From a virus, in IMG/VR virus record IMGVR_UViG_3300032053_005343, positions 32,001-96,000 of that record: a stretch of 64,000 nucleotides of DNA. One strand, 5' to 3'. A program made the position numbers and the translations under genes. Numbering within the stretch: position 1 is the stretch's first letter; each line of letters opens with the position of its first letter. The notes under the pieces are model-generated. The model saw nothing but the letters and a program-made list of their open reading frames with translations, was not told where the DNA came from and ran no database searches. Shown piece by piece: positions 18,899 through 28,794 of the stretch.

Positions 18899-21799
18899 TT
18901 ACATTACCTCAAAATTAAGACCATTATTCTTATTTGGATTCAACAATTTTACCCTATGCTCTTCCGCCATATTCTGTTGATTTACCAGACCAAGAAAATG
19001 ATTGCCAATATATTGTCTATCTACGGTAATTTTGTTAGAACCAACGATACGAAAACCTTGGTTAAGATATCTAACCCATTCAAGTGCAAAAAAGCTATTT
19101 ACCATTTCCGGTTTACGCCAAATCTCTTTTATAATATAGTTGACGCATTCTACACTATCTAAATTTTGCGGGGGTTCTGATAAATTAGGTTTTATTAATT
19201 GTGGAGTTGGATTAAGCCATGTTAAATTAGGATCTTTGATTTCTGTCTCTCGTAAAACGTTGGCCCAAATCGCCGCTGTTCTGGACCAACTAAACCTAGG
19301 AAGCTTCTCCGTTTGCCCGTAGACCTCTGCGGGTTCAATCGCATACGCTCTAATCTTTTTAGATATTTCTTTTCTTTTTTCTTCACTCATTTTAACGAAA
19401 TTGTCTAATTTTTGTACAAAGTCATCGTTATTTGGTAGAGCGCGTTTTTGTTCAGTTTCAATAACGGATTCATAAAAGAAACGGCCTACTTCTATGGGAA
19501 TATTTCCTGGAACCGCAATGTGGTCTTCCATCGCCGAATAACGAACCGCTGCAACTGGAGTTCCACAGGCGTTTGCGTCACGACACCCCATCGAAAATCC
19601 CTCGCACACGCTATAATTTATATATAAATCAAATAATTTCATTATCTCTGCAAGAACTTCTCTTGACGGAGAGCTATTGGCATTCGGGGGATGTGCTGTT
19701 TTATTCTTACATCTTCGACAAACAGCCCATTCTCCCTGGAAGAAACTAGGATAAACGGTGCCGCATGACTGACACATATATGTTAATAAAACTTTTGTTC
19801 CAACTTTAAATTCTTGAATTGCTCTACCAATATCATAACCAACATCCGGATAACTTGTGTGTAAATATAAAAATGTTTTCTTGACTAGATCAATGTGGCC
19901 CTTTGTTTTTGCTTTATAAATCCATTTGGAAAAGGCCTCTACTAGATCGTAAAACAGCTTCCTTTTTTGGTTCCTGTTTATAGTGCCAATAATTATCGTA
20001 TTAGGATCAATCCCAAGTTTTGTTTTATGTGCTCTTTTATCTTCTGCGGGTTTGAACATGTCCAAATCAGAACCAGGGGATGCGATTGGGCCTAATGGAA
20101 TTTTATCTCCACCCTCTTTCCTTAATATTCTTTGTCCAAAATCACTATAAGTCAATATTTTATCTCTTCTTGACATACTATCTAACCATACGGCGCGTTG
20201 GGGCGAACCGTCACAACATGCCATATGAATAAATTTAAAGAAATTTCTGAAAGGAGTATTGTCTATCCACGACACCATCCATTCGTCTCTTATATCACAA
20301 TTATGTACTATGAATCCTGTGACATAAGTATTGTTATCTTCTACTTCCAAATTATAGACTTGACCTTTGTAATGACATTCTTTGTGAATAGTTTTAACTC
20401 TTGCGACAAAATAATTGCCTTCAAACCATCCAAGTCCATCCGAATCAAATTCAAGATGTTCTTCCGGCAATATGGTTTCTTTTTGTACAATAGAATGTAA
20501 TTGTTGTGCATAATTATTTATAATAGAGATCATAAATATTTCAGAATTATTTTTAGTTTGTCCATCGCTTTTTCTTATATATGTTCTTGAAGGATTTTTA
20601 TAAATACAATTTTTTATACTAAGTCTAAAAAATAAATTTCGCAATTGCATTGCCAATTGTTCAGACACACTACTGTATGTTATGTCAGATCCATTATAAC
20701 ACCCATCTCCTCTTACCAACCCCTTAATAAAACTTTTAATTATATTTTCGCTATTGTTGTCAAATATAAAAAGAGGGATGTATTTATTGAACGCTCCATT
20801 CCCGGCAAGTTTTTCAAAAAAGGCACCTAAAATTATACAATCTACTCTTATTCGTGATCTACTTCCGTCTTGGCTTATGGTACATTTAATATTAAAAATA
20901 TTTTTTAATAAATTTTCTACATCATTGACAAATTGTTTTTCTCTATCGCTACAACCAAAAGTAAAATGAACACCGTGCCTATCTGTATGACCCTCCGCAC
21001 AATAATATCCGAACAATCTGGCTAAATCATTGTCTATATTTATATAATTATTTATATATTTAGCATTTGGTCTACCACTAGCCATAATCAAGCTATTGTC
21101 ATCGGATAGTATAAATTGATGTAAAAAATCAGATATTTTAATATTACTATATTGATTGTTTGACATATTTTTGGGAATTAAAACATAATCTCCAGTACCA
21201 ACATTTTTAGCGGATATAAATATTGCGTCTTTTATAAAATGTCTTTCTGAAACTTTCCTGCCTTTGGAATGTCGTCGAACATTTTTAATAACAAGCACGG
21301 GGTGATCTTCTGTTAAAGTATATTCTCTACTATCAGTACCTATTTTAATTTTTACGACATTTCCTTTATACTGTTTCTTGAAAGTTTGTAATACTTTTTT
21401 AGGTTCTCCGGTATGAGATATAACTTCATCTCCTACTTTTATATCTTGTATATTTACAATCCCGCATGGGGTTTGCACTTTAGTCCATGGGGGGACACAA
21501 ACTATATCAGGTTTACAATCCAAACAAACGGAATCGAAACGCATTTTTCCAAATTGGTTAATAGGATCATTTCTATATATTCTTTGTCCCTCTTCGTCGT
21601 TTTTATTCGGAGCCGCCGCGTAGAATTTCCACGGTATGGAGTTTATTCTTTGGTCTCCGTCTTCTACGTATGCGCCCAACTCGAAAAGTTCGAATTCATT
21701 AGTTGCATAAAGTCTTTTTAAAACTTCGTTTCCATACGTGGCGAATCCGGTCGCCAGATAACTTCCCTCATTAACAAAAAGAATACGTTTTTTTCTCAT
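18899..21799 (-). CDS. GT-B glycosyltransferase (GT4-like) with Zn-ribbon insert, interrupted by an intein
   Basis: TGFATY..; NRNQKRK..LYLHT; CQSC/CRRC insert; EGFSMGCRDANACGTPV; intein from aa 101. Confidence 0.88.
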   Translation of the reverse strand: MRKKRILFVNEGSYLATGFATYGNEVLKRLYATNEFELFELGAYVEDGDQRINSIPWKFYAAAPNKNDEEGQRIYRNDPINQFGKMRFDSVCLDCKPDIVCVPPWTKVQTPCGIVNIQDIKVGDEVISHTGEPKKVLQTFKKQYKGNVVKIKIGTDSREYTLTEDHPVLVIKNVRRHSKGRKVSERHFIKDAIFISAKNVGTGDYVLIPKNMSNNQYSNIKISDFLHQFILSDDNSLIMASGRPNAKYINNYINIDNDLARLFGYYCAEGHTDRHGVHFTFGCSDREKQFVNDVENLLKNIFNIKCTISQDGSRSRIRVDCIILGAFFEKLAGNGAFNKYIPLFIFDNNSENIIKSFIKGLVRGDGCYNGSDITYSSVSEQLAMQLRNLFFRLSIKNCIYKNPSRTYIRKSDGQTKNNSEIFMISIINNYAQQLHSIVQKETILPEEHLEFDSDGLGWFEGNYFVARVKTIHKECHYKGQVYNLEVEDNNTYVTGFIVHNCDIRDEWMVSWIDNTPFRNFFKFIHMACCDGSPQRAVWLDSMSRRDKILTYSDFGQRILRKEGGDKIPLGPIASPGSDLDMFKPAEDKRAHKTKLGIDPNTIIIGTINRNQKRKLFYDLVEAFSKWIYKAKTKGHIDLVKKTFLYLHTSYPDVGYDIGRAIQEFKVGTKVLLTYMCQSCGTVYPSFFQGEWAVCRRCKNKTAHPPNANSSPSREVLAEIMKLFDLYINYSVCEGFSMGCRDANACGTPVAAVRYSAMEDHIAVPGNIPIEVGRFFYESVIETEQKRALPNNDDFVQKLDNFVKMSEEKRKEISKKIRAYAIEPAEVYGQTEKLPRFSWSRTAAIWANVLRETEIKDPNLTWLNPTPQLIKPNLSEPPQNLDSVECVNYIIKEIWRKPEMVNSFFALEWVRYLNQGFRIVGSNKITVDRQYIGNHFLGLVNQQNMAEEHRVKLLNPNKNNGLNFEVM
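20300..21499 (-). mobile_element. intein (400 aa) with LAGLIDADG homing endonuclease
   Basis: Starts CVPPWTKV; block B LTEDHPVL; LFGYYCAEG and FIKGLVRGDG; ends VYNLEVEDNNTYVTGFIVHN with +1 Cys. Confidence 0.92.
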
Positions 21800-22348
21800 T
21801 TAATATGCCGCTAATTTATCTTTTATTCTTTTGAGCATCCTGCATTTTGTGATTCTATTACCTACCACTTCGTTTGTTAAAAATAAACTCATTTCTTCTT
21901 CCGATAATCTGTCGTCAATTTCTAATAAATCTATTGGATATTTTTCATCTTTAATATCTGTATATATTTCGCACATAGACATTGAAATTCGTTTTAGTTC
22001 TTGTAATCTTCCATGAGATATATTTAAAAGTTTACAAACATCGTTTTCTGTTTTACCATTATTTAAATAGTTTCTAATTTTTATTGACAAATTTTTATCC
22101 AAAAAAGGAGCATAAAATGCTCCTGTGCTTTTGATAGCCTCATTTATTATAGCATAAAATATGGCCGTTCTAACGTATGGTCCAAAGTCACCCTTTTCTT
22201 TTTTCCATTTATTTTCAGATTTCCAGAAAGCAATTAAACCTATTTGAACATAATCATCATAATTTAAATAACTATTATAATAAATTCGAGAGATTTTATG
22301 CGACAAATATTTAATAAACTTGATATATCCATTATCCTTGAATATCAT
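21800..22348 (-). CDS. phage RNA polymerase sigma-70-family factor
   Basis: YDDYVQIGLIAFWKS..GDFGPYVRTAIFYAI (region 2-like) plus HTH-like segment. Confidence 0.7.
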   Translation of the reverse strand: MIFKDNGYIKFIKYLSHKISRIYYNSYLNYDDYVQIGLIAFWKSENKWKKEKGDFGPYVRTAIFYAIINEAIKSTGAFYAPFLDKNLSIKIRNYLNNGKTENDVCKLLNISHGRLQELKRISMSMCEIYTDIKDEKYPIDLLEIDDRLSEEEMSLFLTNEVVGNRITKCRMLKRIKDKLAAY

Positions 22349-22350
22349 TT

Positions 22351-22815
22351 TTAGAACGGTATTTCATCATTATCTTCAACTTCACTTACCGCTACCGACA
22401 CTGGTTGTGGTTCTTTCTTCGCTTGTTTATTTTTTGGCGGCGAAACAACTGTCTTCCCTGGATTTGTAGACTCTATCTTGTTTTCTCCGTTCAGTTTTTG
22501 AACAATTTCAAAGTTCGTTAGATTTAAAACCAAAGAAGTTCTTTTTTCTCCTTCTTTTGTTTGCCATGAATCCATTTTTATATATCCATCACAATATATT
22601 GGAACCCCTTTCTTTGCAAATTGTACAAATTTCTCCGCTTTTGGTCCAAAGATTTGGGCCTTAACATATGATGTTTCCTTCTGCCATGCCCCCTCTCTAT
22701 CTTTAAAACTGCGATTAAAAGCTAAATTGACTGAACCGACTCCGCCACCATTTTCAAAAGATTTAAATTCTGCGTCTGCCACTACAACGCCAACTCCGTA
22801 GGTTCTAAGCTCCAT
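22351..22815 (-). CDS. ssb: single-stranded DNA-binding protein
   Basis: OB-fold SSB motifs (LAFNR..WQKETSY..KKG..DG..DSWQTKEGEKR) and acidic DEIPF tail. Confidence 0.92.
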   Translation of the reverse strand: MELRTYGVGVVVADAEFKSFENGGGVGSVNLAFNRSFKDREGAWQKETSYVKAQIFGPKAEKFVQFAKKGVPIYCDGYIKMDSWQTKEGEKRTSLVLNLTNFEIVQKLNGENKIESTNPGKTVVSPPKNKQAKKEPQPVSVAVSEVEDNDEIPF

Positions 22816-22830
22816 TTAATTCTCCTTTTC

Positions 22831-23379
22831 TTATTTTACGTGTTTCCATGTTTGATAATTAACAATTCTCCACACAGAGAGTTTTTTTATTCCATAAATG
22901 TTTGCAATTTCCTCTTGGGTTAAATTACCTTCTTGCCATAATCTTCTAATTTCCATTACTTTATTATCATTGACTTTGGCTAGATGTTGTTTGGAACCTC
23001 TGGCTTTGTTAAACTTTGTCCCATGTTTTATCTGATCATTCATATTTCTTTTGCGTGTATCCCATCTTAAATTCCCAACAAAATTATTTGATGGATTTCC
23101 GTCGTTATGACATCCCTCTTTACCGAAATGGCAAGGTCCAATAAATGTTTCTAGAACAAGTTTGTGTATCAAAAATCTTTTGGGCTTATTATTTTTATAT
23201 AAAGCTACCTGTAGATATCCGTATTTATTAATTTGATGAAGTTTTAAAATTTGTTCTTTTCTAGTCCTATTAAAATTAAGACTTTTTACCCTGCCCCAGT
23301 TAGAAATCATATATAAACCAACATACCCGGCTATATCTTTCCAAATTTCTTCTATGTTTTTATAATATTTTTCGTCCAT
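22831..23379 (-). CDS. NUMOD4-HNH homing endonuclease
   Basis: EIWKDIAGYVGLYMISNWGRVKS; HKLVLETFIGPC..CHNDGNPSNNFVGNLRWDT; C-terminal HTH. Confidence 0.9.
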   Translation of the reverse strand: MDEKYYKNIEEIWKDIAGYVGLYMISNWGRVKSLNFNRTRKEQILKLHQINKYGYLQVALYKNNKPKRFLIHKLVLETFIGPCHFGKEGCHNDGNPSNNFVGNLRWDTRKRNMNDQIKHGTKFNKARGSKQHLAKVNDNKVMEIRRLWQEGNLTQEEIANIYGIKKLSVWRIVNYQTWKHVK

Positions 23380-23394
23380 ACAACTATTATACCA
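23377..23394 (-). promoter_or_regulatory. extended -10 directly upstream of ATG (candidate leaderless promoter)
   Basis: TGG-TATAAT-AGTTGT-ATG on the minus strand. Confidence 0.5.
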
Positions 23395-23409
23395 TAATTT
23401 TAATTATTT

Positions 23410-26121
23410 TTAAATTAATTTTTGTAAATTTTGAACAATAATACTTCCATTTTTCTTATATCCGGTCACAAGGCAAATTAATCCATCTTTACATAACCCG
23501 TGCATTTTTTCATAAACATCCGGGAATACTACGGAATGGTCGATTGAATAACTAGAATCTGACATTGTAAGAAAACACATTGGAGCGCCGGGATTTTTCC
23601 CTTTTTTAGTCTTTGTATGTTTTACAGAATCTATTACGACAACAGATGAAAACGACTCGCCATTTAAACATTTCATTAAATCAAGACAGTTGTGAGTTGC
23701 CGAACTATCGTCAACATCATCTGCTGGCGAACAACTCAGGGCAATACCAAGAAAATATTTTTCAGCTACAGATTTAGCCAAGTTGGTGTCTATCTCATTT
23801 ATTTTTAATTGCTCCAATTTATTTTTGATAATTTGTAATCTTTTACCAACAATACATGATTTCATTGATTCTTCATTATATCCATTTTCTTTTAATCTAT
23901 TTGTTATATCTATTTTTGTCATACCGGAGAAATCAAATTGTTCTCCAAGAATTTTTTTAGACCAATTAACAATATCTTCTTTTTTGAGGGATGATAAAGA
24001 TTTCCCAGGACTATTTTCAGCCTGTTGAACCATTTCAAATAAAACATCCTTTATTGATCTATTATCAATTAATTTATTAAAAAACCACGCTCGTTCTTTT
24101 TCTGTCAAGCCCCGTATTTCCTCATTTTTTCCTTCTTTATTTTTAATAGTTGTCCCAAATACAATCTCTAATTCTTTTGCCATTTGAGATCTTTCCATAT
24201 TGTAACAATCACAGGCTCCAGATTTTATTAAAGCAATTCCAGTACCACGATGGAGAATAGACAGAGATTTCAAAAATTCATTAAATGTAGATAAAGATTT
24301 ACTTTGTTCTATAATTTTAGTTATAGAGGATTGACCAATGCCTCTTATGTTAGAAAGACCAAATTTTATTTCATCTTCTATCATTTTAAAATGTATATTA
24401 CATGTTTTAATATCTGGGGGAAGAATATTTATTCCAAACAATCTTGCATCTTGGACTAATTCATATACCTCTTGTTTTGGATCTCCCTTATAGTTGGAAA
24501 ATGTTAAATAACTTGTAAAGAACTCGTGTGGGAAATGGGTCTTTAAATAACTCGTGGTATAACTTAACATCCCATAACTTACGGCGTGGCTGTAATTAAA
24601 TTGGTAACGCTGACTTTTTTCTATCCAACCAAAGATTTGTTCAGAAATTTCTTTAGATAATCCACTATTTTTTTGACATCCTTCTATAAATCTATTCTTA
24701 AGAGATGCCATCAAATCGACTTTCTTTTTTCCAATTGCAACTCTTAGTTGATCTGCATCCTCTAAAGAAAATCCTGCTATTTCTTGAGCTATTTTTAGGC
24801 TCTGCTCTTGGTAAATTAAAGTTCCATATGTATCCTTTAAAATGTTTTCTAATTTAGAATGTAAATATGATTGTTGCTTTTTGCCAAATTTTATATCAAC
24901 ATACTCTTCCGCTTGACCAGAATTATGAACTATGAAATCTCCTGCTATATAATTATGGTTTGGACCTTCTACTTGTATATCATAAGTCTCTTCTTCTCCA
25001 CAGTCTTCTATGTCAATAATTTGAACATATTTGAAATCTTTAGAAAAATGCAATCTATATTTTTCTCTTTGTTTTTTGATTTCGTCAGCAGATATTTGGT
25101 TTTCTGTACACATCCTATGGTGATTTGGGCATAGCCAAACCAAATTATCTTTGTTGTTGTCTATATATCTCGTATTATATATATGGTGTACATCTAAAGA
25201 TGTTTGGTTCCAGTCACAAAATATACAACTATACTCATAATGATAAAATGCTATATTCTTAAAATTTTTCCATCCGTCGCTATGTTTATTTTTACTGCGA
25301 TATTTGCCAGACCATTTGTTTATTGTTGCTACGTAGTCCCCAGGTTTAATGTCTTTGAGTTTTTTCCATCCATTTTTTGTAAGAAATAAGTGTTCTCCTG
25401 TCGCATTTATATTAAAATTTCTTTCTTTGTGTTTTAATATTTTATAGCTATTCCTTATTTTTAATTTATATGTTTTTTGTGTTCCGTTTTTAATCACACT
25501 TATAATTTTATTATTAAATAATTCTTTGGTTTCCTCGTTTAAAGAAATGATCCCAAGCTTTCTTGTTACTTCTTTATTTTTTGTTTTCCTAAAAGATTTA
25601 TGTAGTTTAATTCTACTAATTGATGGTTGTTTAACACCATATATTCTTCCTATTTCTTTTTGTGTCAATTCGCCAAGAACTAATAATTTTCTAATTTCTT
25701 CCCTTGTTTCCTCTTTGTACAATGGTTGTTTAGAGTGCAATAATCCTTCTCGCATTTTTATATAGTGTTTTTGTAAAGCCAAATATTCATTATATAATTC
25801 TTTTATGGTACAGTATTCGTAATGATATCTCTTTCTTCCATTTTGATAATATCTTCTCCTGAGTATTTTGGTGTCCCCACCTAAACATTCAAGTGCTGAC
25901 GGCCTAATGATTGCCGTTAGCGCCGCAAGTTCTTTTATGTTCGAAGGTTTGACCTTCCTAGCCCACTCACTCCCAAGCCGAGTTTCTAATTGAAAAACCC
26001 CCTTAGTAAAACCAGATGATATAAGGTTCCAGGTAGCAGGGCAATCCAAGGGAATATTATTAACATCAAACTTGCCTTTTTCTACTTCGCAATTACAATT
26101 AGAAAATTTAATCATATCCAT
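23410..26121 (-). CDS. dnaE: DNA polymerase III alpha (DnaE), C-terminal half, intein-containing
   Basis: IPLD..GVFQLE..RP; YGTLIYQEQ..IAGFSL..AD.LR..GKKK; YQFNYSHAVSY..YLKTHFP; FGLSNIRGIG; C-terminal OB fold. Confidence 0.92.
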   Translation of the reverse strand: MDMIKFSNCNCEVEKGKFDVNNIPLDCPATWNLISSGFTKGVFQLETRLGSEWARKVKPSNIKELAALTAIIRPSALECLGGDTKILRRRYYQNGRKRYHYEYCTIKELYNEYLALQKHYIKMREGLLHSKQPLYKEETREEIRKLLVLGELTQKEIGRIYGVKQPSISRIKLHKSFRKTKNKEVTRKLGIISLNEETKELFNNKIISVIKNGTQKTYKLKIRNSYKILKHKERNFNINATGEHLFLTKNGWKKLKDIKPGDYVATINKWSGKYRSKNKHSDGWKNFKNIAFYHYEYSCIFCDWNQTSLDVHHIYNTRYIDNNKDNLVWLCPNHHRMCTENQISADEIKKQREKYRLHFSKDFKYVQIIDIEDCGEEETYDIQVEGPNHNYIAGDFIVHNSGQAEEYVDIKFGKKQQSYLHSKLENILKDTYGTLIYQEQSLKIAQEIAGFSLEDADQLRVAIGKKKVDLMASLKNRFIEGCQKNSGLSKEISEQIFGWIEKSQRYQFNYSHAVSYGMLSYTTSYLKTHFPHEFFTSYLTFSNYKGDPKQEVYELVQDARLFGINILPPDIKTCNIHFKMIEDEIKFGLSNIRGIGQSSITKIIEQSKSLSTFNEFLKSLSILHRGTGIALIKSGACDCYNMERSQMAKELEIVFGTTIKNKEGKNEEIRGLTEKERAWFFNKLIDNRSIKDVLFEMVQQAENSPGKSLSSLKKEDIVNWSKKILGEQFDFSGMTKIDITNRLKENGYNEESMKSCIVGKRLQIIKNKLEQLKINEIDTNLAKSVAEKYFLGIALSCSPADDVDDSSATHNCLDLMKCLNGESFSSVVVIDSVKHTKTKKGKNPGAPMCFLTMSDSSYSIDHSVVFPDVYEKMHGLCKDGLICLVTGYKKNGSIIVQNLQKLI
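24922..25887 (-). mobile_element. intein (322 aa) carrying HTH and HNH domains
   Basis: Starts CLGGDTKI after RPSALE; block B ATGEHLFLT; HNH CIFC..LDVHHI..NLVWLCPNHH; ends TYDIQV..HNYIAGDFIVHN with +1 Ser. Confidence 0.92.
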
Positions 26122-26135
26122 ATAATATTATACCA
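26119..26135 (-). promoter_or_regulatory. extended -10 directly upstream of the dnaE-C ATG (candidate leaderless promoter)
   Basis: TGG-TATAAT-ATTAT-ATG on the minus strand. Confidence 0.5.
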
Positions 26136-26151
26136 CAAAGAAGTATTAAAA

Positions 26152-26358
26152 TTATCCGTCATAAACACCAAGCATTCTAAACCCGCCCCGTCTATCTCTA
26201 ACATAATCTTTGCCAGGGCATCCTAGTGGATAGAACTCTTTTGTGACACCACAATTTTTTGAACATTTTATAATAAGTCTATCTCCATTAGATTTATCGT
26301 GGTCTATTACAAAAATACTACCACACGGACATCTATATTTATATATCTGTTTTCTCAT
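26152..26358 (-). CDS. small Cys-containing hypothetical protein
   Basis: CPCG..CSKNC; ATGA overlap with the upstream gene. Confidence 0.55.
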   Translation of the reverse strand: MRKQIYKYRCPCGSIFVIDHDKSNGDRLIIKCSKNCGVTKEFYPLGCPGKDYVRDRRGGFRMLGVYDG

Positions 26359-27290
26359 TTTATTGTCTCCATTAATTTATTTTCGTCAAATACTCCGTCT
26401 TTATTGATTTCTATTATGTCTTTTATGTCTTTTGAAAAATTATTCCAATGAAAAATCCAAGGGGTTGTTAACTTAATAGCATCTGTCAAATAATTTGCCA
26501 TTAATGAAAATGATCCTTGTCCATTAACAAATATGTCTGCTTTGGTGAGATGATAAAATGTTGAAAAAAGATCCTCGTCTATATGGAATTCCATATTTAA
26601 ATCTTTTATATTTTTGAAAGCAATTATTTTTTTTAATTCTTCTTTTGATATTTTTGATGTGTATATATGATACATAAATGGTCTGGCGAAATTGATTTCT
26701 ATTTTTTCTAAATTCTCAATTATTGATAAGTAATAATCCAGACTTTTCCATCTATCGTATTGCGCATTTTCTGTAACGTCTTCTCTTCTTAAATGTATTG
26801 CACAATTAAGATAATTTTTAGAAAAATAATTTTTGAAATTTTTGACTAGCAAAGAATTATTATATTTGATCTTTAAATCATTGTTCCCATAGAATTTCCA
26901 GTCAATTTCTATAAATTGTCCGTTGTCATTTTCGCTTATTTCATATAGGATGTTTAGTTTGTCATTTTGTGCAAAATCTGAATTTAATAACGCTGCAAAT
27001 TGTGGGTGAAACCATTTAGCCTCTTTCCTTTGCACCCACGGGATATTTATCTTTATACAGTGAGATAAATTTTCTATAGTTAATTCATTTTCTCCAAAAT
27101 TTAAAAAATCATTCCATTTTTTAATCGGAGCCATTTGATAAATATGTGACTCGTCTTTATTAACAATCGGCTGATAAACATATTTTAAATTATATCTATT
27201 TGCCAAGATGAGTGGAACGATAAAATTGGAGAAGCGATGTCCGATACCCGCATTTAATTCGTGAACTTTTACGGTAATATATTTATTCAT
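26355..27290 (-). CDS. GT11/NodZ-like GDP-sugar (fucosyltransferase-type) glycosyltransferase
   Basis: AGIGHRF..; CAIHLRREDV (HxRxxD motif); TFYHLTKADIFVNGQGSFS. Confidence 0.75.
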   Translation of the reverse strand: MNKYITVKVHELNAGIGHRFSNFIVPLILANRYNLKYVYQPIVNKDESHIYQMAPIKKWNDFLNFGENELTIENLSHCIKINIPWVQRKEAKWFHPQFAALLNSDFAQNDKLNILYEISENDNGQFIEIDWKFYGNNDLKIKYNNSLLVKNFKNYFSKNYLNCAIHLRREDVTENAQYDRWKSLDYYLSIIENLEKIEINFARPFMYHIYTSKISKEELKKIIAFKNIKDLNMEFHIDEDLFSTFYHLTKADIFVNGQGSFSLMANYLTDAIKLTTPWIFHWNNFSKDIKDIIEINKDGVFDENKLMETIK

Positions 27291-28269
27291 TTTTATATAT
27301 CACCACTCCTCTTAATTTGTTTTCGTCAAAACTAGAGTCTGGATTCACCTCTACAATATCATTTATATCTTTTGGAAAAGCGTCCCAATAAACAATAGTT
27401 TTACCATTTATAAATTCTTTCCATGGGGTTGTTAATTTAACTGCGTCTGTTAGATAATTTGCTAAAAGAGAAAGCGATCCTTGGCCACAAACAAATATAT
27501 CGGCCCTGGTAAAATGATAAAAAGTGGAAAAAACGTCTTCATCATTATGCACCTCTATATTTATATTATTTTTATCTTTAAATTCGGTTATTTGTTTAAG
27601 TTCTTCTTCTGGCATATCAAACATATACATATGATATATTAGTGGTTTGTTAAATTTGATTCTATCAACATTTTCTATTATTTTTAGATAATATTGTAAA
27701 TCCATCCATCTTCTATATCCGTTTTCTTTTGTAACGTCCCCTCTTCGGATATGAATTGCAATATTTATCTTGTCTTTATTGAAATAGCATTTGAAATTTT
27801 TAATCTGTTTGGAGTTGTTATATTTTTGTTTTAGATCATTGTTTTTATAAAAATCCCAATCCATATCAATAAATTGTCCGTCTCCACAATCGTTTACTTT
27901 AAACAAAATATCAAGATTATCGAATTCAGGATTTATTTTCATGGCGTCTGTAAATTGTGGACGGTCCCACGTAACTCGTCCTTGTGTTAACATTGGAAGT
28001 TGTATCTCGCTAAATCTTTCTGGCAAATCTTTTAGAGTTAACTCCCCTTCTCCAAAATTCAAAAAATCATTCCATAATTTTACCGGCACCGTTATTTGAT
28101 AAAAATTTGTTCCTTTTCTTTCAAGCGTTCCATCGGTTTCTCCTACGAACGGCTGATAAACAAATTTTAAATTATATTTTTTACTTAAAATATATGGCAC
28201 TAAAAAATTGGTGAACTGGTGGCCCACTCCCGCACAACCCCCGCAAGGTTTTACCGTAATATATTTCAC
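27283..28269 (-). CDS. GT11/NodZ-like GDP-sugar glycosyltransferase, tandem paralogue of 26355
   Basis: AGVGHQF..; IAIHIRRGDV; TFYHFTRADIFVCGQGSLS; likely GTG start overlapping the HNH stop. Confidence 0.78.
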   Translation of the reverse strand: MKYITVKPCGGCAGVGHQFTNFLVPYILSKKYNLKFVYQPFVGETDGTLERKGTNFYQITVPVKLWNDFLNFGEGELTLKDLPERFSEIQLPMLTQGRVTWDRPQFTDAMKINPEFDNLDILFKVNDCGDGQFIDMDWDFYKNNDLKQKYNNSKQIKNFKCYFNKDKINIAIHIRRGDVTKENGYRRWMDLQYYLKIIENVDRIKFNKPLIYHMYMFDMPEEELKQITEFKDKNNINIEVHNDEDVFSTFYHFTRADIFVCGQGSLSLLANYLTDAVKLTTPWKEFINGKTIVYWDAFPKDINDIVEVNPDSSFDENKLRGVVIYKNE

Positions 28270-28787
28270 GCATGTCTCCATGTAATATTTAATCTAATCC
28301 TGCTTATTGTGCTTTTACTAACATTAAAAATTTTACCTATTTTAATATCTGACAGACCATCTTTTATTAATTGTCTAATTTTTGGTATGTCTTCTTCTTT
28401 TAATTTAGATGCTGGATTTTTAGATCCTGTCATTATTGGAGGAACCCCATTGTTTCTGCCATGTTTTCTTCTATCATCAATATTTTCTACGTGAGATCCC
28501 CAGACAAGATTATCTATTCTGTTATTGTGTCGATTCCCGTCTAAGTGTCTGCACTCCATACCCTTGGGGCACGGACCAACAAAAGCAAACAAAATCAATC
28601 TATGTAATCTACACATTTTGCTGTTATTATTTTTACACAAATGAACGTTGAAATACCCATTATTATGATCTATTAATTTTAATATTCTGTATTTATTATT
28701 TTTTAATAATCTTCTTATGTTTCCAAAATTAGAAGCTTGATACAACCCTTCATAGTCGGGAATATCTTTGTATATTTCAATCGACAT
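28266..28787 (-). CDS. NUMOD4-HNH homing endonuclease
   Basis: EIYKDIPDYEGLYQASNFG; HRLILFAFVGPCPKGMECRHLDGNRHNNRIDNLVWG. Confidence 0.9.
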   Translation of the reverse strand: MSIEIYKDIPDYEGLYQASNFGNIRRLLKNNKYRILKLIDHNNGYFNVHLCKNNNSKMCRLHRLILFAFVGPCPKGMECRHLDGNRHNNRIDNLVWGSHVENIDDRRKHGRNNGVPPIMTGSKNPASKLKEEDIPKIRQLIKDGLSDIKIGKIFNVSKSTISRIRLNITWRHA

Positions 28788-28794
28788 ATCAATG

